From: Candidatus Bathyarchaeia archaeon
GTDB lineage: Archaea; Thermoproteota; Bathyarchaeia; Bathyarchaeales; Bathycorpusculaceae
Length of the DNA stretch: 29,014 nucleotides
Direction: 5' to 3'
NCBI GenBank assembly: GCA_049515895.1
Contig: JBEKTQ010000031.1
Span: forward strand, 1-29,014
The notes under the pieces are model-generated. The model worked only from the letters and a program-made list of their open reading frames with translations, did no database searches and was not told where the DNA came from. Of this stretch, positions 8,988-17,588 are shown piece after piece. Numbering within the stretch: the first letter of the stretch is position 1; each line of letters opens with the position of its first letter. Position numbers and translations under genes: made by a program.

Positions 8988-9182
8988 GTGGGCGCAAAAG
9001 AAATTGGCTACATTCTAGTAATTATTGGTTTGATTATTTTACTCAGTAACGGTTTAACCATAATGTATTCTTTGCGTGTAGATGAAATTGAGTTTGTAGA
9101 AGTATTAGTCGCAATATTGGGAGCCATTGTCTTAGACTCCGGAGTTTTTGTTTTGTTGAAAGATGATTTGTTTCCACTTTGA
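8988..9182 (+). CDS. Small 2-TM membrane protein, possibly 3'-truncated
   Basis: Two hydrophobic helices; its 3' end runs into the opposing AbrB-like remnant. Confidence 0.55.
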   Translation: MGAKEIGYILVIIGLIILLSNGLTIMYSLRVDEIEFVEVLVAILGAIVLDSGVFVLLKDDLFPL

Positions 9183-9267
9183 ATTGCCAGCGAATTAAAT
9201 TTGGAACTTGGATTCTGTTGCCTTTTTGAAGCACGCTTTTAAATGTAATTTTTTCAGTTATGGGCAT
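9043..9267 (-). pseudogene. Truncated AbrB/MazE/SpoVT(MraZ)-fold DNA-binding protein
   Basis: MPITEKITFKSVLQKGNRIQVPNLIRWQFK fits the swapped-hairpin motif (GxRIxVPxxxR); SD GGGTGA; sequence after about aa 35 is only the antisense of 8988..9182. Confidence 0.6.
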
Positions 9268-9350
9268 GTTGTTTCACCCTGTTTTTAATCTTTTAACTTC
9301 TAACTTTAGCTGCGCTAATTGACGGTAGTGGCCGGCTATTAAATTTTGTT

Positions 9351-9551
9351 GACGTTAGGACTTTAGGAGACTTTGCCAGACGATGGCGGACTATGGGAGA
9401 CTTTATGAGACTTTGCCAGACGATGGCGGACGATAGGAGACTTTAGCAGACGATAGGAGACGCAACCCAAAGCCAATCCAAGCTTTTCCACAAAAAAGCA
9501 ACCCAAAACACAAAGAACAAATTTGCCGGATTTCCCACTCTTGTGGCAAAT
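9351..9551. repeat. 10-bp-phased GAC array plus conserved block (dispersed element, copy 2)
   Basis: GAC at exact 10-bp steps from 9359 to 9459 (11 times); block 9473-9525 similar to 875-927; ATTTGCC/GGCAAAT stem at 9521-9551. Confidence 0.9.
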
Positions 9552-9615
9552 AAACTATTTGACTAAAACAAAAAAAGAAAAAGATAGGTGGGGAAGAAGC
9601 ATTTTGGTTGCGTCT

Positions 9616-10266
9616 TTAAGTTTGGGTTTTGCTCGCTGAGCCTGTTGGCATTCCCGGGGGCAGATCTGGGAAGTTTTGGCTGACTCTTTGCTCTGCGACG
9701 GTTGCTGCTTCAGATAGGATTTTTGCTGCATCCTCGTTTACGTTGTCGAAATTTAGTGACATTCCGGTGCTTGTTCCTGCTTCAAACATTAAGCCGCTTA
9801 GCAAGTCGCCGATGCTGCCGAGTTCGCCTTCTGCTTCAGGTAAGACACCGCCAAGTCCCGTGCTGACACTGCGAAGTACGCCGATGCATGGCCCAAGCGT
9901 CGCGACGACGTCGCCTAACTCCGAAACGGTCTTTATGCGTAGCGAAATCTGGTCGAGTGCAAGCCTTGCATTCATGATGATTTTTCCCATTTTACGTATT
10001 TCAGCCAGCTCCGTCGCGTAAATGTTGGCGTGGGGTGTGTCGTGGTGGGTGTAGGCGTCGACAAGTTTGGAGAATAGGGCTTTGTCTTTTTGTGTGAAGC
10101 GATCGTTTGCCTGGTCAAGCTTAGCTATCTGCATGTCGAGTTTTCTAACGGCGAGGTCCAGTGCAGGTTTCAGCGGCGGCGGAGGCGTTATGGTGTTTCT
10201 TATGGTTGTGCTGAGTGATTCTTCTTCTCTTTTCTGTTCCCATTTCTTAGCGAAATTTTCAGACAT
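9616..10266 (-). CDS. cdvB: Snf7/ESCRT-III family protein (CdvB1/B2-like paralog)
   Basis: ANIYATELAEIRKM, LALDQISLRIKTV, VLPEAEGEL, EDAAKILSEAATVAE, C-terminal FPDLP (MIM2-like); start ATG 10266 after SD GAGGA. Confidence 0.85.
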   Translation of the reverse strand: MSENFAKKWEQKREEESLSTTIRNTITPPPPLKPALDLAVRKLDMQIAKLDQANDRFTQKDKALFSKLVDAYTHHDTPHANIYATELAEIRKMGKIIMNARLALDQISLRIKTVSELGDVVATLGPCIGVLRSVSTGLGGVLPEAEGELGSIGDLLSGLMFEAGTSTGMSLNFDNVNEDAAKILSEAATVAEQRVSQNFPDLPPGMPTGSASKTQT

Positions 10267-10519
10267 GTTAACATCCTCTTGAGTGTTCATGGCGCGAATG
10301 TGCTTTTAATTGTTGCTAACATGCACGTATATATGTGGAAACAAAATGAGGCTTTTTTCACCGAATTATTAAATTACATCGCCACAATAAGGCAAAATTG
10401 CAATTTTTAGCTCTACGGCTTGCATCTTGAAGGCGCTTACCATTGTTGTTATAAGAAAATGTGCGTGGGAAACATTAAAATGATATACATCTCCCTATCT
10501 TAGCATAAATCAGGTTGGG

Positions 10520-11824
10520 GTGAACTGCTTGAGCGAAAATTACGCACCTTTAGTCGGGGACAATTATGCACCTGAAAGAATCCGTGTAATCATTCCAGTA
10601 GGCGGAAAAGCAACAAGGCTCTTGCCTTTGACGGCTGAAACAAGCAAAGCCTGCCTGCGTTTGCTTAACAGGCCCCTGGTTGAGTTTTCGCTTCTGTCGC
10701 TGGCAAACCAAGGGATTCGCAACTTTATCTTCGGCGTGAAAGGCTACACTAACTACCGCGACCTATCCGACTACTTTGAGTCGGGATACGGGTTCAGCGC
10801 ACGCTACAACATCAAGCCGCGGATCCACATAAAGTACCAGCCTAACGTTGACGACTTGGGAAGCGCGGATTCAGCTAGGATAAACATGGATTATTATGAG
10901 CTTAATAACCCCGTTTTTGCGGTGCAAGGCGACAACATCTTCGATATCAACGTGAAAAGCTTAATCGACTTCCACAAGGAGAAATGTTCAGCCTTAACCA
11001 TTGTGCTGCGTGAAGTTGACAACGTTGAAGGCTTAGGCATAGCTGACATCGACAAAACTGGGCGTATACAACGTTTCGTCGAGAAACCTTCGCCTAAAGA
11101 CGCACCCAGCAACCTAGCGAACACAGGATTGTACGTGCTGTCGCCTGAGGTGAAAAAGATATTCCGCGAAAAAGGAGTCCAGCAAATCGTCAAAGAAAAA
11201 AACCGCTTGGACTTCGGCTACGACTTTATCCCGTATGTTATCCAGACTGGCCGCCCAGTTTACGGCTACACTCTACGGGGCAATTGGTTCGACGTGGGCA
11301 CACCTAAAAGCTACCTGGAAGCCATGAAGAAAATGCTATACGGTGGATTCCCAGCATTAAGCGATTTCGGCGGGCGCCTAGAAGATGAAAACCGAATTTG
11401 GGTACAGGGCGAAAGCGGCGACTCGGAGAAACGAAGGCAAGAAATTATCCAGAAAATCAAGCAGAAGAAAATCAGCATTGAAGGAGCTGTTTTGATTGGG
11501 AGGCACTGCGAGATAGATGACGGCGCAAGAATCGTGGATTCATGCGTCGACAACTTTACGCGGATAGGCAAGAATGCGTTGGTAGTTAACTCTTCCGTGA
11601 TGGATAGGGTTATCATTGGCGAACATGCTGAGGTACATGACAGCATCATCGGAAGACACGTTGTTGTTAATTCGAGCCAGCGTTGCCAAACCAAAGTAGC
11701 GGCTGTCTCAGTTATCGCCGACGACGTCCGGCTGGAAGAAGGCTGCGTGCTTGCGGGATCAAAGGTTTACCCGCATCAGACAATTCGAGGAGAATTCCAG
11801 AACCAGACCATAATAGCAAACTAA
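10520..11824 (+). CDS. Sugar-phosphate nucleotidyltransferase (NDP-sugar synthase) with C-terminal hexapeptide beta-helix
   Basis: GGKATRLLPLT..SK, QGDN, FVEKP, LANTGLY, WFDVG motifs; C-terminal LbH repeats. Confidence 0.9.
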   Translation: MNCLSENYAPLVGDNYAPERIRVIIPVGGKATRLLPLTAETSKACLRLLNRPLVEFSLLSLANQGIRNFIFGVKGYTNYRDLSDYFESGYGFSARYNIKPRIHIKYQPNVDDLGSADSARINMDYYELNNPVFAVQGDNIFDINVKSLIDFHKEKCSALTIVLREVDNVEGLGIADIDKTGRIQRFVEKPSPKDAPSNLANTGLYVLSPEVKKIFREKGVQQIVKEKNRLDFGYDFIPYVIQTGRPVYGYTLRGNWFDVGTPKSYLEAMKKMLYGGFPALSDFGGRLEDENRIWVQGESGDSEKRRQEIIQKIKQKKISIEGAVLIGRHCEIDDGARIVDSCVDNFTRIGKNALVVNSSVMDRVIIGEHAEVHDSIIGRHVVVNSSQRCQTKVAAVSVIADDVRLEEGCVLAGSKVYPHQTIRGEFQNQTIIAN

Positions 11825-11897
11825 CACTCTGGCCCTACCTCTGCTATATCAAGGTGTTTAATGATTAGGTTAAGTGAATTTGGAAGTAAGACTTAGC

Positions 11898-12452
11898 TTA
11901 AGCTTTGAACCACTTGAAAATCAGATACTGAACTTTGTCCGCAGCCAAATCGGGAACTGCAATGATGAAACGTTTTCTCACGGTTGTTGCTAATCGCCCT
12001 GCCTTGACGATTTCTGTTGCTGAAATGTCTGACTCCCCCTTCTTCACAGAAACCATGTAAGGCGCGTGCTCAACTCCTGGACCATACTTATAAACGGCGA
12101 AGTCGCAGCCAAACTTGATTCCTGGCGTAACAATTAAGCCGCTGCTTCGAAGGTCACGGTAAACGGCGTATTTCTCCTCAAACTCATCGTACAGCTGCTT
12201 GACTTTTTGCCTTAGCTTCTTGAGGCTAACGCTGCTCCGGGTAGGTCCCGCGTAAATCGCTATTTTCTTGTTTTCCAAAAGATACAACCCTTCCATCAAG
12301 TCCAAAATCAGCGGAGCGTCGAACTCTGGAATTTTCGGCTTGGCGATGCCCAGCGGTTTGCCAAAGTAGCCCGTTTTGTAGAGTTGGGCACCTTCTTTTG
12401 AGTCCCATGCAACTAAGAAGTTTTCGATGAGTTCAATTTTCGTTTTGGGCAT
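11898..12452 (-). CDS. endA: tRNA-splicing endonuclease, catalytic subunit
   Basis: LDLMEGLYL, VYRDLR, GIKFGCDFAVY, EHAPY, GRLATTVRK (Y/H/K catalytic triad). Confidence 0.92.
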   Translation of the reverse strand: MPKTKIELIENFLVAWDSKEGAQLYKTGYFGKPLGIAKPKIPEFDAPLILDLMEGLYLLENKKIAIYAGPTRSSVSLKKLRQKVKQLYDEFEEKYAVYRDLRSSGLIVTPGIKFGCDFAVYKYGPGVEHAPYMVSVKKGESDISATEIVKAGRLATTVRKRFIIAVPDLAADKVQYLIFKWFKA

Positions 12453-12466
12453 CGGATTCGGCTCTT

Positions 12467-13126
12467 CTACATGATGAATGAAATCATCCTTGCCGCGTCA
12501 GCTGCATCTTCAGCTTTGTCAGCGGAGTTTTCCAAGAGTTGAAGGATGTCTCTTAGAAGCAGCAGCACGGGAACGTCGAGTTTGCCGTTGAGCACTTTTA
12601 TGGTTAATGCTCTATATTGATCGTCAACTATGCGTTCAGCGATTTCAACGTCTTTAGCTTTTTCAAGAGTTTTCTGTGACCCATAATTTAGAACCATCAT
12701 TGTTTCCCTTAGCTTAAGCACGCTGTCTAAGACTGCTGATGAAAGCTTAAGCAGATCCTTTTTTACATCTGACGAAATATTCCAGTTATGCTCCATGATT
12801 TCAACAAGATAGTATGCAATGCCTTCGCTAAAGTCGGCTATTTCACTCGATAAATTTGTGAACCTTAAAAAGTCTTCGCGGGCAATCAGGATGGCGCCTA
12901 TCTCAGATAATTCTTGAGAAACCATGCGTCTGGCTTTAACAACTTCTTCTTCGCCGGTTCTAATTTCAGTGAAGAGTTTACGCACGTTTTCCCTGTCGCC
13001 GCTTGCAAAACACTCAACAAGCTGTGGAATTTTTCTTGAGACATCAACAACCTTGCGTAAGTTATCTTGGCAAGCATTCAGCGCCCGTCTCTTTACACGT
13101 TCTTCTGTTTCTGAAGGAAGTACCAA
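12467..13126 (-). CDS. DUF47/PhoU-like helical protein
   Basis: REDFLR..., EIAERIVDDQYR, LENSADKAEDAAD duplicated three-helix pattern. Confidence 0.85.
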   Translation of the reverse strand: MVLPSETEERVKRRALNACQDNLRKVVDVSRKIPQLVECFASGDRENVRKLFTEIRTGEEEVVKARRMVSQELSEIGAILIAREDFLRFTNLSSEIADFSEGIAYYLVEIMEHNWNISSDVKKDLLKLSSAVLDSVLKLRETMMVLNYGSQKTLEKAKDVEIAERIVDDQYRALTIKVLNGKLDVPVLLLLRDILQLLENSADKAEDAADAARMISFIM

Positions 13127-13197
13127 TGTTTCGCCCCGCGAACAATCAAGCCGAATTTACATGTAAGTAAATTACTTTCATTAAAAAAGCTAGCTGA

Positions 13198-14970
13198 TTA
13201 ACTTTCGATTGCTTTACCTAAATCCTTAAAGTTTATTTTCCCCTGGAAATAGCACTGAAGAAGCCCCGGCAAGTCCTTGATTGCTGGGCGCACCTGCAGC
13301 CAGCTGTCCCTATCCCTCACAGTTACTGTTTCATCGTTCAACGTGTCGTAATCGACAGTTACTCCTAACTGTACGCCTGCCTCGTCAGCCCTTGCATAGC
13401 GTCTGCCGATGGAGCCTGCCTCGTCTAACTCCGTCATGAAGCCCTCGTTCGCCAGCAACCTCTGCACTTGAACCGCTTTCGTGTCTAAGCCATCCTTGCT
13501 CATCAACGGGTAAACGCCAACCTGAATGGGCGCAATAGCTCTGGGAAACCCCAAGACAACCCTGTCTTCTTTTACGCCGTAAGCGTACTCTAACGCAACG
13601 TAAAAGAGCCTATCCGACCCAAAACTGGGCTCCACCACGTGCGGTACGAACCGTGTGCCGCGGACAATTGTTTTTTGCAGGCTGATTTCGACTTGGTCAG
13701 CTTTGATTTCGTAATTTTCAACTACGTAAAAGCCTTGCTGTTTCATGGCGTCAGCAACTTCCTGAGCGGGAGCTTTTGTGAGTAGCGCTGCAACTTTTGC
13801 TGCCTCACCCTTGTATACAGGCCCCAGCTTTGACATTACGGGTTTAACAGTTAGCATTTCCTTTTCGACGGGGTTCTTGTATTCTTTGTAAACGGTCATG
13901 TCTACGCCGCTTGCTTGCATATGACACTTCAAATCGTAGTCCGTGCGGTAAGCGTGCCCGGAGACTTCTACCCAGCCCCAACGGTCAACCAGCACTTCTT
14001 GGTCGAAGCTTTGGCTTGAGTAATGCGCTTTTTCCCAGGTCAGTTTTTCGATGAACCGTTGCTTCTCCGCTGGAACACCGAGCTCCACCAATAGCTTTTT
14101 CGCCATCGCCATAAAGAATGCTTGCCATTCGCAGCGGATTATTTTGCGGTCAAGCGCCTCCTTAACAGTTAGGTCCGTTGTATCTTCGCATTCTTTGAGC
14201 CGAGTTTCGCAAAGCAGAATCGGGAGCACTTCTTTTTCTATTTCAGGAACCAGATGGCAGCATGGCTCTTCAGGATCAAAGAAGAACTCCAAGTCTGAAA
14301 TAGTGAATTCTCTAAGTCTAATCAAGCCCTGTCTGGGTGAAATCTCGTTGCGTAAAGCGTGACCGATCTGGATAACTCCGAAAGGAAGCCTTTCCCGTGC
14401 ACCCGTGTAAAGGCGGTTGAACTCAACGAAGATGTTCTGTGCAGCTTCAGGTCTCCCATAACCAACCGCACCCGAGTAGGGACCAATTGTGGTTTCAAAC
14501 ATGGTCAAGTAACGTTGGGGTTCGCCAAATTTGCCGCCGCAGTCAGGACAAACTACGCCATGACGCTCAATCTCTTCTTTGATTTCTTCTAAAGTCATTT
14601 TCTCGGCTTCAGCCGAGCTAATGCCTTTTCCTTCAAGTAAATGGTCAGCTCGGAAACGAGTATGACAGTTCTGGCACTCAACCATTGGCTCTTTGAAATG
14701 GTCCACGTGACCTGATGCTTCAAAGACTTTGGCTGGTGCAATAACGGACGATTCCATTTCGTAAATGCCAATTTTTCTAACGAAAAGCTCTCTAAGCTTT
14801 GCTTCAATATTTTGTTTCAACCGTGCGCCTAAGGAACCGTAAGTTACAAAGCCACCGCTTCCACCGTAGATTTCAAACGACGGCCAGAAAAATCCTCTGC
14901 GACGCGCCAATTCGTTAATAGCTGTAAACTTGTCGCATTCTGGTTTTGCACATTTAGCTTCGTCAGTCAA
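13198..14970 (-). CDS. glyS: Glycine--tRNA ligase (alpha2 type)
   Basis: RRGFFWPSFEIYGG, ASGHVDHF, RPEAAQ, RNEISPRQGLIRLREF, HVVEPSFG.DR, SIGRRYARADE. Confidence 0.97.
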   Translation of the reverse strand: MTDEAKCAKPECDKFTAINELARRRGFFWPSFEIYGGSGGFVTYGSLGARLKQNIEAKLRELFVRKIGIYEMESSVIAPAKVFEASGHVDHFKEPMVECQNCHTRFRADHLLEGKGISSAEAEKMTLEEIKEEIERHGVVCPDCGGKFGEPQRYLTMFETTIGPYSGAVGYGRPEAAQNIFVEFNRLYTGARERLPFGVIQIGHALRNEISPRQGLIRLREFTISDLEFFFDPEEPCCHLVPEIEKEVLPILLCETRLKECEDTTDLTVKEALDRKIIRCEWQAFFMAMAKKLLVELGVPAEKQRFIEKLTWEKAHYSSQSFDQEVLVDRWGWVEVSGHAYRTDYDLKCHMQASGVDMTVYKEYKNPVEKEMLTVKPVMSKLGPVYKGEAAKVAALLTKAPAQEVADAMKQQGFYVVENYEIKADQVEISLQKTIVRGTRFVPHVVEPSFGSDRLFYVALEYAYGVKEDRVVLGFPRAIAPIQVGVYPLMSKDGLDTKAVQVQRLLANEGFMTELDEAGSIGRRYARADEAGVQLGVTVDYDTLNDETVTVRDRDSWLQVRPAIKDLPGLLQCYFQGKINFKDLGKAIES

Positions 14971-15102
14971 TGGTCCTTACCTTTTTTAGGTGTTAGCGCC
15001 AAAGGTAGATTAAGGTTGCTAACAAATTAGCGTATTTCTCCAACTGCGGAAACGCTTAAAACCATCCAATCGTACTTAGCGGTTGAGAAGGAGAAACACA
15101 TT

Positions 15103-16479
15103 TTGAGTTCAAAAGGCAAGGGCAAACCAACCGTGGACGAGTTGCTAGCCAAAGCTATGAAGCCAGCGCAGTTAGCTTCGCCGATGCACAGGTTCTATGA
15201 AGGGAAAATGCAGGTCATTCCAAAATGTGCTATTAGAAGCGTTGACGATTTCGCAATCTGGTACACTCCGGGTGTGGCTGCGCCATGCAGGGAGATTCAA
15301 GCTGACCCCGACAAATCCTTTGAATTAACCAACAGATGGAATTCTGTGGCGGTGGTTTCTGATGGAACCCGGGTTTTAGGGTTCGGTGATATTGGTCCTG
15401 AAGCTGCCTTGCCTGTGATGGAGGGAAAAGCGCTATTATTCAAGTACTTGGGTGGTGTTGACGCGTTTCCAATTTGTTTAAGAACCAAGGAACCCAACGA
15501 AATAGTAAAGATTTGTAAGGCTTTAGAACCGTCTTTCGGCGGTATCAATCTTGAGGACATTGAAAAACCCAAGTGCTTCCACATTCTTGAAAGCGCGTGC
15601 GAGCAGCTTAATATTCCTGTCTGGCATGACGACCAGCAGGGTACCGCCACGGTGATTTTGGCAGGGTTAATTAATGCTTTCAAGATTGTAGGCAAAAAAC
15701 CGCAGGAGAGCTTGATCACGCTGATAGGTTCAGGAGCAGCAAACATCCGCACGGCCTACGTGCTTATGCAGTGGGGGGTTAAGCCAGGTAACATAATACT
15801 TGCCGACAGCAAAGGGGTCATAGACAAGACGAGAAAAGACATCAGAAAAGAAGAAGACCCGTGGAAATATGACGTGACACAGAGAACAAACGCGGAAGGA
15901 AGAGCCGGCGGCATAGAGGAAGCATTCAAAGACGTTGATGCAGTGGTTGCAGCTTCAAAACCAGGACCAGATTCAATCAGGAAGGAGTGGGTTAAAACAA
16001 TGGCTCGGAACGCAATAATCTTTGCTTGCGCGAATCCGATTCCTGAAATTTGGCCTTGGGACGCCGAGGAAGCGGGGGCACAAATCGTTGCTACAGGTAG
16101 GAGTGACTTTCCTAACCAAGTGAACAACAGCTTAGGGTTCCCAGCCATTTTTAGAGGTGTGTTGGACGTGAAAGCCAGAACCGTGACGGATAGTATGTGC
16201 ATTGCAGCAGCAAAGGAACTTGCAAGCTATGCTGAAGAGCGGGGAATAAGCGAGACCGATATTTTGCCTAAAATGAGCGAGTGGGAGGTTTTTCCACGGG
16301 AAGCCGTTGCATGCGCGCTGAAATCAATCGATGACGGCGTCGCGAGAGTTAAACCTTCAAGACAAGAACTGTTTGATCGAGCCACAGCTATAATCCAAAA
16401 CGCTAGACAATCAACCGAGTTGCTGATGAAACATGGCCTAATCAGACAGCCACCAGACGAGAGCAAGCTTCTCAAATAA
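15103..16479 (+). CDS. NAD(P)-dependent malic enzyme (no PTA fusion)
   Basis: YTPGVA, VVSDGTRVLG.GDIG, VMEGKALLFK, GGINLEDI, HDDQQGTA, ATGRSDFPNQVNN. Confidence 0.95.
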   Translation: MSSKGKGKPTVDELLAKAMKPAQLASPMHRFYEGKMQVIPKCAIRSVDDFAIWYTPGVAAPCREIQADPDKSFELTNRWNSVAVVSDGTRVLGFGDIGPEAALPVMEGKALLFKYLGGVDAFPICLRTKEPNEIVKICKALEPSFGGINLEDIEKPKCFHILESACEQLNIPVWHDDQQGTATVILAGLINAFKIVGKKPQESLITLIGSGAANIRTAYVLMQWGVKPGNIILADSKGVIDKTRKDIRKEEDPWKYDVTQRTNAEGRAGGIEEAFKDVDAVVAASKPGPDSIRKEWVKTMARNAIIFACANPIPEIWPWDAEEAGAQIVATGRSDFPNQVNNSLGFPAIFRGVLDVKARTVTDSMCIAAAKELASYAEERGISETDILPKMSEWEVFPREAVACALKSIDDGVARVKPSRQELFDRATAIIQNARQSTELLMKHGLIRQPPDESKLLK

Positions 16480-16652
16480 TATACAATTCGTAGGCGAACA
16501 TTGCTCTTGAGTATTAGCATCAGCGCTAGCCACCCTCCGACAACGCAATGAAATAAACGCTGCAAAAAGTCAAGCAAGAACGTTGCGACAAGAAATTAAA
16601 CAAAACGAGGCCTTGACGCAGAAAACTATATTGAACAAAAAAATAAAAGTGG

Positions 16653-16967
16653 TTATTGAAGAGGAGTTATTTTCACGATGTTTCTCTTTTCAAGTCTTCG
16701 GAGAGCATCCAAGCATTCGTCTTTTTTTTCGCCGGTGATGTTGAGGCTAAGCATTATCTCTTTGACTGAGACATCATTTTTGCCGAAGTTTTGGTGGCGT
16801 TTGTGAAGGTGTTGCACGATGGATTTTTCAAGTTTGCCGCATCGCCAGGTGCTGTTGCGTATCAAAGTAACGATGGTTCGGACGAGTGTTTGCTCGTTTG
16901 ATTTTCTTCCTCGAGAATCTCCCACCCACTCACCGCCCTCTTTCACCGCATCAACATATTTAACCAT
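16653..16967 (-). CDS. Hypothetical basic protein, possible C-terminal wHTH
   Basis: VSVKEIM...CLDALRRLEKRNIVKI; lies downstream of rimI. Confidence 0.6.
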   Translation of the reverse strand: MVKYVDAVKEGGEWVGDSRGRKSNEQTLVRTIVTLIRNSTWRCGKLEKSIVQHLHKRHQNFGKNDVSVKEIMLSLNITGEKKDECLDALRRLEKRNIVKITPLQ

Positions 16968-17011
16968 ATCTCAAAAACTGGTAAATGCTTAGTTGCGGCT
17001 ATGCGGCGTTA

Positions 17012-17461
17012 TTAAAGGTTCTTTTTCAGAAACAACCCATGCTTGTTGCCGTAGTATTTTTCTAACTTAGCGATTTTTTGGTAGCCGCTTTTTTGGTATA
17101 GCTTCAATGCGGCGGAATTGTCTTCTCGGACTTCCAGATGGCATTCGTTTACGCCTTTTTCCTTAAGAATCTTCTCAATTTCTTTTAGCATTTGGGTGCC
17201 TATTCCTTTTCGCCGGTAAGGCAAGGCAACATTTATTGTTATTATGTGGCCGAACGGTTTGTCGTTTTCGATTTCAACCTCTGAAATTATGAATCCTGCA
17301 ATGTCGCTGTCTGTTTTGGCTATCAGTCCTATTGAATTGTAGTCGGTAAGCAGGTAGGCTAATTGCCGTTTCGTGAAGGCCTCTTGATCGAAGCATTGGT
17401 TCTCGATTTCGCAGAATTTATCCAGCAGTCGAATAGAAGCGGTTTCAATTTTTACTTTCAT
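17012..17461 (-). CDS. rimI: RimI/Ard1-like GNAT N-acetyltransferase
   Basis: GHIITINV..YRRKGIG, LEVREDNSAALKLY..GY, KYY. Confidence 0.9.
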   Translation of the reverse strand: MKVKIETASIRLLDKFCEIENQCFDQEAFTKRQLAYLLTDYNSIGLIAKTDSDIAGFIISEVEIENDKPFGHIITINVALPYRRKGIGTQMLKEIEKILKEKGVNECHLEVREDNSAALKLYQKSGYQKIAKLEKYYGNKHGLFLKKNL

Positions 17462-17588
17462 TTTATTATCTTAAGAACTATTAGGCTGGAGGGTTGATTT
17501 TAATTTTTTCCGTGTTTGCTGCTGTCGTCAACGCAGGCTTCAGTTCTAACCAATGCTATTTGACGCAAACCATTGTTTTTTGTCGTCA

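Noticed and set aside
9351-9461. CRISPR array
   Set aside because: The period is 10 bp with no 25-45 bp repeats or unique spacers, and no cas genes are present.
9629-16577. Shadow ORFs opposite cdvB, nucleotidyltransferase, endA, DUF47, glyS and malic enzyme
   Set aside because: Overlap well-supported conserved genes and have no motifs.
17462-17588. tRNA gene or tRNA-derived att site
   Set aside because: No T-loop GTTCRA motif or cloverleaf visible.
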